DNA of 29,680 nucleotides from a virus. Its lineage: Duplodnaviria; Caudoviricetes. The translations under genes and the position numbers were made by a program. The DNA lies in IMG/VR virus record IMGVR_UViG_3300047479_000092, positions 1 through 29,680 of that record. One strand, given 5' to 3'. Under the pieces are notes generated by a model. That model was given only the letters and a program-made list of their open reading frames with translations, searched no databases and had not been told where the DNA came from. Positions 14,920-24,831 of this stretch are shown here, one piece after another. The stretch's first letter is position 1, and every line of letters begins with the position of its first letter.

Positions 14920-16725
14920 TCATTTCCACCGGCCAACTGCGATGATGTTGATGCCGTAAGTCTGCGATACATCTGTTTTCACACGGATAGTCCCGACCGT
15001 TGTGGTGGACGATGCTTGCAGCGTCTGCAACGTATATGTACCAGTTGAACTCGCAGATGCGATTGTCGCCGTGATGTTAGGTGCAGAAGCCCATAAAACA
15101 TTACTTGCATACGTGAGCGTCACCGTGCCGAGGCTTCCTGCAGTAAGCGCCGCCGACACGCCGTGAAAATAGATCGCCGTTCCGTCAGGGAATCTGTATT
15201 GATTGCCGACAGCACCGGAGAAATACCTCGCAGGGTCGATGACCGCACCCCCTGAAATCTCGCTGTACTGCACCGGGGTGTTGACGGTCGTCACCGTAGC
15301 AGTCGCGCCGCTCGTGCCGCCCGTCAGGGTTTGCGCAGTCGAGAATGTGCCGGTGACGCCGCTCAGGAAGAGCTTTCGATTCGCGCCTGTGAGGTCACCG
15401 ATGATGCGCCGGGCCGTCGCGCTGCCGGTCGCTGTGGTGACGGTTTCGCCCTCGGTGAACGTGCCTGATACCGTCGCGCACGTCAGCACTTTGTCATCGA
15501 GGTCGGCAGATTTGACGTTGTAGCAGTTGACTTCGGTCGACAGCGCATTGATATTGCCTGTCGTCGCGTTGCCGACGATCCCATTTGTGAATCGGCTGTT
15601 CGTCGAACTATCCGACGTATTAAGCCCCAGACCGCCGCAGTTGCGCACCTGAAAATTCGTCACCGTCACGTCTGCGCTTGTGGACTGGATGTTGATGCCG
15701 TTTCCGTAGCATCCATCAACCACGATATTGGAAGCACTCGATCCGGTCGCGGGCTTGCCGGGGTGGCCGAAGTTCAGCCCATGGTTTGCACGGGTGTTGC
15801 GTGCGACCACGTTTGCCACGGTGCCATACGATGTATCGAATCCGACAGCCGAGCCGCCCGCGCCGTCCACCGTCGCATACAAGATGTGGTTGTACATGCC
15901 GCCGACTTGAATGCCTGAATACTCCGTCGTGCCGGCTGCCAGCGCGTTTTTAACTCCAGCATCGCAGCACACGCAGTCGAGCAGATAGATTCCCTCGCGG
16001 CCCCATCCCTTAAGATACCCGATATGCACTACAGCGCGATATGCTGCTTGCAGGAAAATCGGGCCGCTGGAAGTATTTCGGACCCCGTCCACCGATGGCA
16101 TTGTGGCGCCTGACGCAGTGTAATGGTCATGCATGTAGTCCACATGGATTTGTGGTGCAGTGCAGCCCGTCATGTAAATCAGGTGTGTGCCGATATTGCC
16201 CGACTGGCCGGCAGCATTGCCGTCAATCTCATTGACGTGCATCCGGATATTGGACCTATTTACCGCGTAGAACATGCGGTCGAAGTCGGAACACCCAGAT
16301 GGGAGCTTGACCTTACCATCAATAACAACAATAGTGTCATCAAACAATTGGATGTTTTTACACTGGACAGTAAAGCCAGCCGGTATATACAAATAATTGT
16401 GATCGGCGATCATTGCAGCGACTGCAACGGATTCATCAGACAAACCTGTGCCACTTACGCCTTTATCAAAGATATTTAGCATGCCTTTTAGTTTGGCATC
16501 TACCGTAATATCTACAGAATGTGCGCCAGCTTGCTTGAATCCAATTAGCGACGGGCCTGAGCTGCTTGCCAGATTGGCAGCCAAGCCGAGCGCAGTTTCC
16601 CCGGCCATTGCCGCATTGAGCTGGGCCACCATTGGCGGAAGAGCCGCCAGCAATGCATCAGCCTCGCTTGAAAACGTGGCCGGCCGGGTGCGGCTGGGAG
16701 CAGTGGGCAGTGGGGTGAGCGTCAT
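14920..16725 (-). CDS. Tail spike/fibre with predicted parallel beta-helix
   Basis: Anchor MTLTPLPTAPSRTRPATFSSEADALLAAL; IDGN and GINI-type beta-helix repeats; C-terminal IIAVGRWK. Confidence 0.8.
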   Translation of the reverse strand: MTLTPLPTAPSRTRPATFSSEADALLAALPPMVAQLNAAMAGETALGLAANLASSSGPSLIGFKQAGAHSVDITVDAKLKGMLNIFDKGVSGTGLSDESVAVAAMIADHNYLYIPAGFTVQCKNIQLFDDTIVVIDGKVKLPSGCSDFDRMFYAVNRSNIRMHVNEIDGNAAGQSGNIGTHLIYMTGCTAPQIHVDYMHDHYTASGATMPSVDGVRNTSSGPIFLQAAYRAVVHIGYLKGWGREGIYLLDCVCCDAGVKNALAAGTTEYSGIQVGGMYNHILYATVDGAGGSAVGFDTSYGTVANVVARNTRANHGLNFGHPGKPATGSSASNIVVDGCYGNGINIQSTSADVTVTNFQVRNCGGLGLNTSDSSTNSRFTNGIVGNATTGNINALSTEVNCYNVKSADLDDKVLTCATVSGTFTEGETVTTATGSATARRIIGDLTGANRKLFLSGVTGTFSTAQTLTGGTSGATATVTTVNTPVQYSEISGGAVIDPARYFSGAVGNQYRFPDGTAIYFHGVSAALTAGSLGTVTLTYASNVLWASAPNITATIASASSTGTYTLQTLQASSTTTVGTIRVKTDVSQTYGINIIAVGRWK

Positions 16726-16770
16726 GATGGTTCGTGTTCTGAGTGAATCGGCAGACGGATGGGCCCTGGG

Positions 16771-17670
16771 CTACACCAGGCCCTCGACCGTGAGCGAGCA
16801 GTAATAGGTCTGGCGCAACTGCAGGTCGATACCCCAGTCCTTGAGCCAGCCATAGAAGACGGTGCTTTCGATGGCGTCTTCGCCAATGCACACGACGGGC
16901 ACGGCACGGACGGCCTTGAGCTTCGATGCGACTTGGCTGAGCGTATCGGCCGGGAATGAGGCGCGCACGGTCATGCGGTTGGCGTAGCCACGCTCGACGA
17001 CTGTGGTGGCACCGAAGTCGTCGGTGGACTTCTTGGAGTAGTCGACGATGCCCAGCTGGACGCCGAGCAGGGTGTCGCCGATCGTGTTGACGCGACCGAC
17101 GACGCAGGTGCCGCAGCTCACCGGGCCCGTGCTGGCCGCGATGGTGACGGTGATCTGCATGCCGACGTAGGGCGGCAGGTCGGTGAGGATGACGGTGCGG
17201 CGGCGGGCGATGCTCTCGAAAAAATACGAGTACCAGTCGATGATGGGCGTGGTGTCCAGCACCGGGTCCAGCGTGCGGCTGTAGACCGGAGTACCGCCGA
17301 CGCTGGCGGTGATCACCACGCTCTCGCAGTCCAGATCCAGCAGGGCGAGGCCCTCGCAGATCTGGCCCGGGTCGAGCACGACCGTGATGCTGCTGGAGGC
17401 GCTGGAGGTGAGCGTGCCGACGCTCTTGTCGAACATGGCCCAGCGCGCTGTGGGGCCGACGTCCAGCCAGTTGACCGGGTCGCTCTCGGGCGCCGTGGCC
17501 GTGGTGCCGGGCAGCAGCCGCTCGAAGATGCGGTGTACACCCGTCGTGCGGATCACCCGCTGGCCGGCGGTGTAGGCGGTGCCGGCGGACCAGGCGGCGT
17601 GGTCGGTCTCGGGCACGCTGCTGCTGATGAGCTGCGCGTCGCCGATGGCTGCGGGGTGGATGTACTTCAT
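16771..17670 (-). CDS. Minor tail protein
   Basis: SSSVPETDHAAW, WLDVGPTARWAMFD, GIVDYSKKSTDDFG; lies between tape measure and spike. Confidence 0.75.
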   Translation of the reverse strand: MKYIHPAAIGDAQLISSSVPETDHAAWSAGTAYTAGQRVIRTTGVHRIFERLLPGTTATAPESDPVNWLDVGPTARWAMFDKSVGTLTSSASSSITVVLDPGQICEGLALLDLDCESVVITASVGGTPVYSRTLDPVLDTTPIIDWYSYFFESIARRRTVILTDLPPYVGMQITVTIAASTGPVSCGTCVVGRVNTIGDTLLGVQLGIVDYSKKSTDDFGATTVVERGYANRMTVRASFPADTLSQVASKLKAVRAVPVVCIGEDAIESTVFYGWLKDWGIDLQLRQTYYCSLTVEGLV

Positions 17671-17688
17671 CGGGCGGCCTGCTGCGCG

Positions 17689-20600
17689 TCAGGTGGCCAG
17701 GGTGCGCACGGCGTCGTCGCCGTCGACCACGCGCTGCAGCACGTCCAGCGCCTTGCCGGTGGCGCTGGCGGTCTGGCGGGCGAAGCCGGCCAGCTGCAGG
17801 CCGATGTCGACCGTGTCGCCCTGGCCGGCGCTGACCTGGGCGCGCAGCGCGACCACCTCGGCGCGCAGCGCCTGGAGCTCGGCCAGCAGGTCCGGGCTCG
17901 CGGCCGCGGCGCCGCCGAGCATCTGCTCGGTCTGGCGCGCGCTGTAGATGCGCGCCGGGCCCAGGGCGGCCAGCTCGGGGCCCTGTTCGCCGACGATGGC
18001 CAGGCCGCCGGCGTGCAGGCCACCGGCTGCGAAGGCCGGCACTTCGACGCCCAGGGCCTTGAGAGTTTCGCTCAGGCTGCCGGCGAGCCAGGCGCGCAGG
18101 CGCACGCCATCGGCGGTGCTGGTGGCTGAGGCCTGGGCGGCGGATTCCAGGGCCTTGCTCAGCTCGGGCAGGCTCTGCAGCGCAGCAGCATCGCCGGCGC
18201 GGGCCTGGGCGGTGCTGACGGCAAACTTCGCGCGCAGCTCGGCGGCGCTGGTGGTGCTGGCGTCTGCAGCCGGGCCGCGCAGGCGCTTGATCTCGTCCTG
18301 CACGGACTTGGAGGCCTGCACCATAGACTGCGAGATCTGCGCCGCCTGGTCGGTGAGGGTGACGCTGGCCTGTTCGGCTGCATCGGTGATGGTGCCGAAG
18401 GCCTCGGACAGGCCGATCAGGGTGGCGTACATGCGCCGGCCGGTATCGGTGTTGAGGTTCTGGGCCTCGACGAGCTTGCGGTATTCGGCGCGCGTCTTGG
18501 GCAGGGCCACGCCCAGGGTGCCGAAGGTGTTGGCGAGCTGGCGGGCGGTGGTGGCGATGCGCTCTTGCTCGCTGTAGAACGTCTGGTAGTAGGCGGAGGT
18601 CTGCTGGCCGAAGGCGGCCGCGCCGCCGAACTGGTCGAGCAGCTTGCTGGCGGCATCGGCGCCTGAGGTGCTGGTGGCCAGCAGGGCCATGCCCAGCGTG
18701 TCCAACGTGCCGTTGACGGTGGTGATGCTGGTGGCCAGGCGGGCCAGCGTCTGCGCGGCCGTTTCGCCCTTGGCGCCCAGGGCCGCGATGGCCGAGCCGA
18801 GCGAGGTGGCCAGGCCGTCGCCGAACGTACCCAAGGCCTTGTTGATGGCGTCTTGCTGCGCCTGGGCGTCCAGGCCTTGCAGGCTCAGGCGGATGTCCTG
18901 GCTGTAGGTGTCGACCGATGCCGCGCTCAGGCCGATGGCCTGGGCATAGCCGCGGGTGCTGGTCTGCAGGGCCAGCACGGCGTCGGACAGCGTGCTGGCG
19001 GTGTCGGCGTCGAGCGCGCGTGTGTCGGTGCCGCTGCTGCCGCTGCGGAACCAGCCGCCCTTCTTGGACCAGGCCTCGAACGCGCTGAGCTGGGTGCCGC
19101 CGGCGCCGCCCAGGCGACCGGTGATGCCACCGTCTTTCACCTCGCGCGGGCCGGTGCCGAATGCGCGGTTGATGACGCCGGCCGCCGCGCCGCCGATAGC
19201 CGCGCCGATGGGGCCGCCCAGCACTGCGCCGGCCAGCATGCCGGCATTCACCAGGCCATTTCCCGAGCTGCCAAACAGGCCGCGGCCACCGCCGATGCTG
19301 CGGCCGATGGCTCCGCCCGCCATGAGCGCGCCAGCCCAAGGAGCCAGCGCGCCAGCGCCTGCCGACAGGCCGCCCAAGATGTTGCCGCCGGCCAGCATCT
19401 CGCCCGACCAGCCCAGGGCCTGGCCGGTGGCGCCGCCCATGGCCAGCGAGCTGCCGGCGCTGAAGATGCTGCCGGCGCCGCTGCTCAGGCTGGCCAGGCT
19501 GCCCAGCGCGCTGAGGCTGCCGCTGCCACCCGCTGCCCCGCCGAGACCCGCCGCCTGGGCCGGCATGCCGAACAGCCCCGCCGCGGCCGCGCCGGTGGAC
19601 GTGAGCAGGGGCTGGATGGCCAGGCGGATGACGGATGTCTTGAAGGTCGACTTGATGGTGTCGAGCAGCGAGCGGCCGAAGTCCTTGCCGGACTCGAAGG
19701 CGCGCTGCAGCGCATCGGTCACTGTCTGGCCGATCTGGTCCCAGGCCTTCCCCCAGGCTTCCTGTTCGGCCTTGAGCGCCTTGTCGCTGGCCTCGCGCCG
19801 GGCCTTGCCGTCGGTGAGGTCGGCGAGCTTCATGCGCGCATCGATCTCGCGCTGCAGCGCGGCCACGGCCTCTTCGTTGCCGAGCATGGCGACCTGGCGC
19901 TCACGCAGGCGGGCGATCTCGACGCGGGCGATAGCCTGGGCGAGCGTGATCTCTTGCGCTGCGGCGATGTAGGCGGCGGACTCTTCGTCCTGCAGCCGCT
20001 GCACCTGTTCGGCGATGCTGGCTGCGCTCTTATCCAGGCCGGCGATGAGCTTGAGGTGGGCGTCGTGCGCCTCTTTCACCGTCTGGGCGACGAGCTTGTG
20101 GCCAGCTGCCTCCTTCTCGGCTGCGATGGCCACGTAGGCCCCTTGAAGCACAAACTGGCGCTTGTCCTCAGTGGCCAGCGCGTAGGCCGGCGACTGCAGG
20201 TACTGGATGAGCCGGGCTTGGCCGTCCGATAGGCCCTCGGTCTGCGCCGTGGCCTTCTCGGTGATCTTGGTGAAATCGGCGATGGTGGCCGCAGTCACGC
20301 GCGCGGCGTCGGCCTGGCGCTCGGCTTCGATGGCATCGTAGGCACGCTGCAGGGCGAGCTGCCGCATGCTCTCAGTGCCCACCGAGTAGGCAGGCGACTT
20401 GAGGTACTCCACCAGGCGCGCCTGTGCCTTGCTCAAGCCATCGGTCTGGCTCGACGCTTCTTCGGCCAGCCGGCCGAAGTCCATCACCGCATCAGCCCAG
20501 CTCTTGGCGGCTTCGCGGTCGGACGCGAAGGGATCGGCAGTGGGCGTCTTGAACTTTGCGCGCAGGTCGGCGATGACGCGGGCCCGTTCGGCGGCCGATG

Positions 20601-21804
20601 CACCGCTGGCGTCCGCCAGGTTGTTGGCCTGGGCAATGGCCCGGGTGAGCTTTTCCTGGTTGGTGAGCGAGCCCTCGGCCAGCTTGTCCCACTCAACCCG
20701 GGCTGCGACCTTGCTGGCCACGGCAGCGGCCGCTGCGGCCGCACTGTTCTCCAGGCCGATGGCCGTGCGAAGAGCGTTGGCGCGCTGCGTCTCGGCAGCG
20801 ATCTCGGCATCGAAGGTCGAGCCGCGCTTGCCGGCGTTGCCGCGCAGGTTGGTCTCGCGCTGCTGCCGCAGGTCGGCAATGCGCTTGTCGGCGTCGGCGA
20901 GCTTTTCCTGCAGGGTCTTCTCGCGGCCGAGGTCCAGCATGGCATCCCAGGCACCCTTGGCGATGTCCTTGATGCCGCGCCAGCCCTTTTCAATGCTTCC
21001 CAGGCGCTGCTCCAGCGCCGCGCCGCGCTGCTCCAGCGCATCGGCCCAGGCGGTCTGGGCGACGCGGGCGGCATCGGCCGTGCGGCCGCTTTCCTCAAGC
21101 GCCTTGATCTGCTGGTAGACCGAGACGGTGAGGAAGTTGGTCTGCTTGTTGAGCTTGAGGGACGCGTCCAAGGGGGCGCCGCCAAGCTCACTGAACCGCT
21201 TGATGGTTTCGGCCGCTGCGATGCCGATGGAGCGTTCGGCCTTCACCGTGACGAGGGCGAAGCGCTCGATGTTGGCGCCGTCGATGTTGGAGGCGCCGGC
21301 CAGCTGCGCCAGGGCCTCGGCTGCCGTGCCGGTGGTGCCCACAACCGACGAGATGGCGCGTGCAGACGCCTGCAACTGGCCAGCCGTGGTGCCGGCGGCG
21401 TTGCCGCTCAGGATGAGGGCCTTGGCGTAGGCATCGGATTCCGCCGCGCCTTTGGCGTAGGCCAGGGCGGCCACGCCGGCAGCGGCCGCGGCCACCGTGA
21501 GTGGGTTGACCAGGCCGAGCACATAACCGCCCAGGGCGCGCGCCGCTGCACCCACGCCGCCGAACGAGTCCTTGATCTGCCCGCCCTGCTGCAGGATGAC
21601 GGTCGAGAGCGACTGACCGCCCTGCAAGGACGTCACGATGTCGGTGAACTGGGCGGGGAGCGTTCTGAGCGCCGCTGCAGTCTGCGCAGCACTGACCTCG
21701 CCCGCCTGGCCGATCTTCTTGAGCGCCTCGCTGACCTTCTGCGACTCAGGCACCACATTGCCAGGGTCAACAGCAAAGCGGAAGCGGATGTCGGGGGTGG
21801 TCAT
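17689..21804 (-). CDS. Tail tape measure protein (lambda family)
   Basis: LPAQFTDIVTSLQGGQ...LQQGGQIKDSFGG motif; Ala-rich, 1371 aa; FAAGGLHAGGLAIVGEQGPEL. Confidence 0.95.
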   Translation of the reverse strand: MTTPDIRFRFAVDPGNVVPESQKVSEALKKIGQAGEVSAAQTAAALRTLPAQFTDIVTSLQGGQSLSTVILQQGGQIKDSFGGVGAAARALGGYVLGLVNPLTVAAAAAGVAALAYAKGAAESDAYAKALILSGNAAGTTAGQLQASARAISSVVGTTGTAAEALAQLAGASNIDGANIERFALVTVKAERSIGIAAAETIKRFSELGGAPLDASLKLNKQTNFLTVSVYQQIKALEESGRTADAARVAQTAWADALEQRGAALEQRLGSIEKGWRGIKDIAKGAWDAMLDLGREKTLQEKLADADKRIADLRQQRETNLRGNAGKRGSTFDAEIAAETQRANALRTAIGLENSAAAAAAAVASKVAARVEWDKLAEGSLTNQEKLTRAIAQANNLADASGASAAERARVIADLRAKFKTPTADPFASDREAAKSWADAVMDFGRLAEEASSQTDGLSKAQARLVEYLKSPAYSVGTESMRQLALQRAYDAIEAERQADAARVTAATIADFTKITEKATAQTEGLSDGQARLIQYLQSPAYALATEDKRQFVLQGAYVAIAAEKEAAGHKLVAQTVKEAHDAHLKLIAGLDKSAASIAEQVQRLQDEESAAYIAAAQEITLAQAIARVEIARLRERQVAMLGNEEAVAALQREIDARMKLADLTDGKARREASDKALKAEQEAWGKAWDQIGQTVTDALQRAFESGKDFGRSLLDTIKSTFKTSVIRLAIQPLLTSTGAAAAGLFGMPAQAAGLGGAAGGSGSLSALGSLASLSSGAGSIFSAGSSLAMGGATGQALGWSGEMLAGGNILGGLSAGAGALAPWAGALMAGGAIGRSIGGGRGLFGSSGNGLVNAGMLAGAVLGGPIGAAIGGAAAGVINRAFGTGPREVKDGGITGRLGGAGGTQLSAFEAWSKKGGWFRSGSSGTDTRALDADTASTLSDAVLALQTSTRGYAQAIGLSAASVDTYSQDIRLSLQGLDAQAQQDAINKALGTFGDGLATSLGSAIAALGAKGETAAQTLARLATSITTVNGTLDTLGMALLATSTSGADAASKLLDQFGGAAAFGQQTSAYYQTFYSEQERIATTARQLANTFGTLGVALPKTRAEYRKLVEAQNLNTDTGRRMYATLIGLSEAFGTITDAAEQASVTLTDQAAQISQSMVQASKSVQDEIKRLRGPAADASTTSAAELRAKFAVSTAQARAGDAAALQSLPELSKALESAAQASATSTADGVRLRAWLAGSLSETLKALGVEVPAFAAGGLHAGGLAIVGEQGPELAALGPARIYSARQTEQMLGGAAAASPDLLAELQALRAEVVALRAQVSAGQGDTVDIGLQLAGFARQTASATGKALDVLQRVVDGDDAVRTLAT

Positions 21805-21825
21805 GCGCAGGTCCCCGTGCGGACG

Positions 21826-22248
21826 CTAGGTGCGCTGCGCGCGTTGCTCATCCCACGCATCCAGCGCGGCGCGTTCCATGGCCTGGATGTCATCGAAGAC
21901 GCGGCGCTGCAGGCGTGGGCGCAGGCCCAGGCCGGCGAGCGTGGACCACACGGCCTCATACCGCAGGCCGGTGGCGCCGGCCATGCCTGTGCGCCACTGC
22001 GTTTGCAGGCGCGCCCACAGGTTCCACGCTCGCAGGTTGCATGGCCACAGGTGGAACGGCTGGTCGACATCCGGCGCACGCAGGGGGCGATCGGGCCGCA
22101 GGCCGGCTTGCGCCAGCAGCGCTTCGATGCGCTGTTGATCGGCAGTGGCGAGGTCGGTGGCTGGGGCTGAGTCGTCGTCATCGGCTGCCCCATGCGGGGG
22201 GGTGGTCTTGAGCTGGCCGAGCGCCTGCAGGCGCGCGGCCTGGGTCAG
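21826..22248 (-). CDS. Tail chaperone T segment (DUF1799-like), expressed by -1 frameshift from G
   Basis: Open -1 frame LTQAARLQALG...FHLWPCNLRAWNLWARLQTQWRTGMAGATGLRYEAV...IQAMERAAL; missed by the ORF track. Confidence 0.85.
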   Translation of the reverse strand: MTQAARLQALGQLKTTPPHGAADDDDSAPATDLATADQQRIEALLAQAGLRPDRPLRAPDVDQPFHLWPCNLRAWNLWARLQTQWRTGMAGATGLRYEAVWSTLAGLGLRPRLQRRVFDDIQAMERAALDAWDEQRAQRT

Positions 22249-22607
22249 TTTTTTTGCCGGCCTTCAGTCGTATCGCTGGCAGCCAGGGCCTTGAGGTAGG
22301 CGCCGAAGCACGCGCCTTCCAGACCAACGACGCCGAGCAGGGCGCTGAAGGCCTCAGGGCTGAAGTCGGCCGGCTGGCTGGTGTCGTCGTCGATGACCAG
22401 GCGCTGGCCCTTCCAGCCGGTGACGTTGGCGACCAGGAACTCGCGCACCGTGGCGGTGGCGCCATCGCCCACCGCTGTGCGGTACTCGTCGACGCCCATG
22501 CGGCGGCCGACGAGCGTGAAGCTGAACGGCACGGCCTTGGGCCCGTCGTTGACGCTGACCTTGATGGGGAATTCGATGACGTCGGAGACGACGAGGCGGA
22601 AGCCCAT
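22245..22607 (-). CDS. Tail assembly chaperone G
   Basis: Follows the tail tube gene; ends CAA AAA AAC TGA slippery site. Confidence 0.85.
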   Translation of the reverse strand: MGFRLVVSDVIEFPIKVSVNDGPKAVPFSFTLVGRRMGVDEYRTAVGDGATATVREFLVANVTGWKGQRLVIDDDTSQPADFSPEAFSALLGVVGLEGACFGAYLKALAASDTTEGRQKN

Positions 22608-22630
22608 GATGTGGCGATGTCCTGGCTGGG

Positions 22631-23596
22631 TTACTGGGTGACGATGCGGATGTCGTCGTTGCCGGACACCGGCGTGGCGTTGAAGTCGAAGCCGACCGTG
22701 CGCACGCCGTTCGTGTTGCCCTTGGTGGGGTTGGTGCGCTGCATGGCCGGGGCGAACAGGATGATCTTGTTGCCCGCCGTCGTGCCGATGGTGAAGCCAA
22801 GGCCGGTGACGGTGTTCGCCACCACATCGGCCAGGGCCGTGGCTTCCTGGGCTGCGGTGAGTTCGAGGTCGAAGTGGCCGGTGAAGTCGTGATCGGTCAG
22901 GTCGACGCGCTCGCTGTTCAGGAAGGCCATGAACGCCACCTTGTTGCCCCAGTCCAGCTCGATGCCCTGGCTGGTGAACACGGTGCCGCCCGTGAGCGCC
23001 CCGAGGCTGTACGTGCAGCCGATGGTGATGTCGACAGTGTTGGCCTTGTTCATGGGCACCGGCGTCTTCCAGGCCGTGAGGGTGGCCGTCGGGTTGCCCG
23101 TGGCTGCCGCAACGTTGTAGACGCCGACGAAGTCGAACATCAGCTTGGGCGTCTCACCGATCTTGGCGCTGAGCTTGCAGTTGCCCATGGCGCCGGTGAA
23201 CTTGTGCAGCAGGCCGTCGTCGTGGCAGTACAGCGTGAGCGTCTTGAGCGCCGTGCTGGCCGGCGTGTACTCCACGCGGTTGGGCGTGGCGAGTAGGGCT
23301 TCGGACATGGCGCAGCCGATCATCAGATCGCCCCACTGCGGCGCGGTGGCGGCGGTGCCGGAGCCGGCCAGTTCGACGCTGAAGCTGATCTTGTGGCTGA
23401 AGGTGGAGATCAGCTTCTGGCTGCCGCCGAAGTAGGGCAGCAGCAGCGCGCGGTCGGCGTACTGTGCGTCCAGCGGCGTGATGGTCACATCGTTGGCGAT
23501 GAGCACGGCGTCGGTGCCGCCGACAGGTACGGCGTCGGTGCCGGCGGTGGTCTCGACCTTGGCGAGGATCACCATGTTGCGGGTGTAGCGTGGCAT
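22631..23596 (-). CDS. Major tail tube protein
   Basis: ILAKVETTAGTDAVP, VELAGSGTAATAPQWG, GNDDIRI; position in the tail module. Confidence 0.88.
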   Translation of the reverse strand: MPRYTRNMVILAKVETTAGTDAVPVGGTDAVLIANDVTITPLDAQYADRALLLPYFGGSQKLISTFSHKISFSVELAGSGTAATAPQWGDLMIGCAMSEALLATPNRVEYTPASTALKTLTLYCHDDGLLHKFTGAMGNCKLSAKIGETPKLMFDFVGVYNVAAATGNPTATLTAWKTPVPMNKANTVDITIGCTYSLGALTGGTVFTSQGIELDWGNKVAFMAFLNSERVDLTDHDFTGHFDLELTAAQEATALADVVANTVTGLGFTIGTTAGNKIILFAPAMQRTNPTKGNTNGVRTVGFDFNATPVSGNDDIRIVTQ

Positions 23597-23602
23597 GGCG
23601 GC

Positions 23603-23779
23603 TTACTCCTGGGTGGTGGCCGGGGTGTCGGTGGCCGGTGCGGCCGCGGGGATATCGTCCAGGCTGACCCAGGCCCGCGAGGCGGCATCCCAGGTCCAGG
23701 AGCCGCCACCAGGCGGCACGCCGACAGGGCCGGCATCGGCCGGCGTCGCGATGGGTTCGGGTGAAGTGGGCTGCTGCAT
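23603..23779 (-). CDS. Small Pro/Ala-rich protein
   Basis: PPGGGSWTWD motif typical of small genes preceding tail tube genes. Confidence 0.6.
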   Translation of the reverse strand: MQQPTSPEPIATPADAGPVGVPPGGGSWTWDAASRAWVSLDDIPAAAPATDTPATTQE

Positions 23780-23789
23780 GGCGTGTGGC

Positions 23790-24245
23790 TCAGACGGTGA
23801 GGCTGTTGTGGGCGGCGCGGTGGCGCAGGGTGTAGATGGCGCGCACGCTGCCGATGGATTCGTCGAGCTCGTCCTCGTCCCAGACCCAGTCGAAGGCGAA
23901 GTCGATCTCATAGCCGGCGGCCGGCAGCGTGGTGTCGCTCATGAGCCGCTCATGCATGGCGGCCACGATGGGATCCACGGCCTGCTGTGGCGATAGGCCC
24001 GAGCCGGCCGGCGCGCGGGCCACGCACTGCAGGTGCACCTGCGTGGCCACGTCGATCGGGGCCTGGGCGCCGATGACGATCTGCTGGCCGCTGCTGCTGG
24101 CAGCCCGCACCATGACGCGCGACGCCAGCTCGGACGGCAGGGGGTGCGTGGCATGCGCGTCGACCAGGTCGGCCACCGGGGGTGCAGAGCGGCCGAGGGC
24201 CACGATGAGCGCGACGATGTGGGTCTGGGCGAGCATGCCGGTCAA
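23790..24245 (-). CDS. Probable tail terminator / completion protein
   Basis: Size and position; AVDPIVAAMHERLMSDTTL motif. Confidence 0.65.
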   Translation of the reverse strand: MTGMLAQTHIVALIVALGRSAPPVADLVDAHATHPLPSELASRVMVRAASSSGQQIVIGAQAPIDVATQVHLQCVARAPAGSGLSPQQAVDPIVAAMHERLMSDTTLPAAGYEIDFAFDWVWDEDELDESIGSVRAIYTLRHRAAHNSLTV

Positions 24246-24511
24246 CCCTTCTGCAGCGTGAGCACGGAGATGCCGGTGCCGTCCGGCAGGTGCTCGCGCA
24301 CGATGAACGCGCCTTCACTCGGCACGACCAGTGTGGCGCCGTAGGCGGTGGCCGGCACGGAGGCGGTCGGCAGTTCGAAGGTCGGATCGGTAGCCGCCGC
24401 ACCGGCGCCCTCACGCCCCTGTGCGCGGTAGTAGCCACGCACCGGTGCACCCGCCAAGGTGGCATCCACACCGAAGTCGGCGTAGAAGATGCTGTGGTCT
24501 TGGGTGAGCAT
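24242..24511 (-). CDS. Head-tail joining protein (gpFII-like)
   Basis: FYADFGVDAT...FIVREHLPDGTGISVLTL. Confidence 0.75.
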   Translation of the reverse strand: MLTQDHSIFYADFGVDATLAGAPVRGYYRAQGREGAGAAATDPTFELPTASVPATAYGATLVVPSEGAFIVREHLPDGTGISVLTLQKG

Positions 24512-24547
24512 GGCAGGGGCGGCGTGCAGGCGTCTGCGCGGGGCGGC

Positions 24548-24748
24548 TTACTTGGTGGCCTTGGCAGCTGCCTTTTCAGCCGCAGCGATGTCTTCCGCCG
24601 TGGCCAGGCGGGTGCGGCCGGCGCCGGTGAGTTCGATCGCCAGGTCGGCCTCGACGTTGAGCAGAATTTCGCCGACGGCGACGTGTTCGCCATCGATCTT
24701 GCAGGCGTTGGTGACGATGAGGTTGACGGGCTTGGGTTCGGTGGCCAT
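24548..24748 (-). CDS. Small capsid-adjacent protein (66 aa)
   Basis: AGGAG RBS; IDGEHVAVGEIL...AIELTGAGR. Confidence 0.65.
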   Translation of the reverse strand: MATEPKPVNLIVTNACKIDGEHVAVGEILLNVEADLAIELTGAGRTRLATAEDIAAAEKAAAKATK

Positions 24749-24831
24749 GTGGGGCTCCTGGGTAGGGATGCGAATCGAGGTAACCGGATCGACCGGCCCG
24801 GCCGTGGACCGGGCGACCGATCCATCAGCCA

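Noticed and set aside
14920-16770. Diversity-generating retroelement or invertible tail-fibre system
   Set aside because: No reverse transcriptase, invertase, template/variable repeat pair or inversion sites seen
16658-20232. 893-aa, 459-aa and 338-aa ORFs overlapping tail genes
   Set aside because: Alternative-frame or antisense shadows of the tape measure and tail genes
21801-22193. 130-aa ORF before the tape measure
   Set aside because: Wrong frame; the conserved T-domain sequence is in the frame ending at 21826
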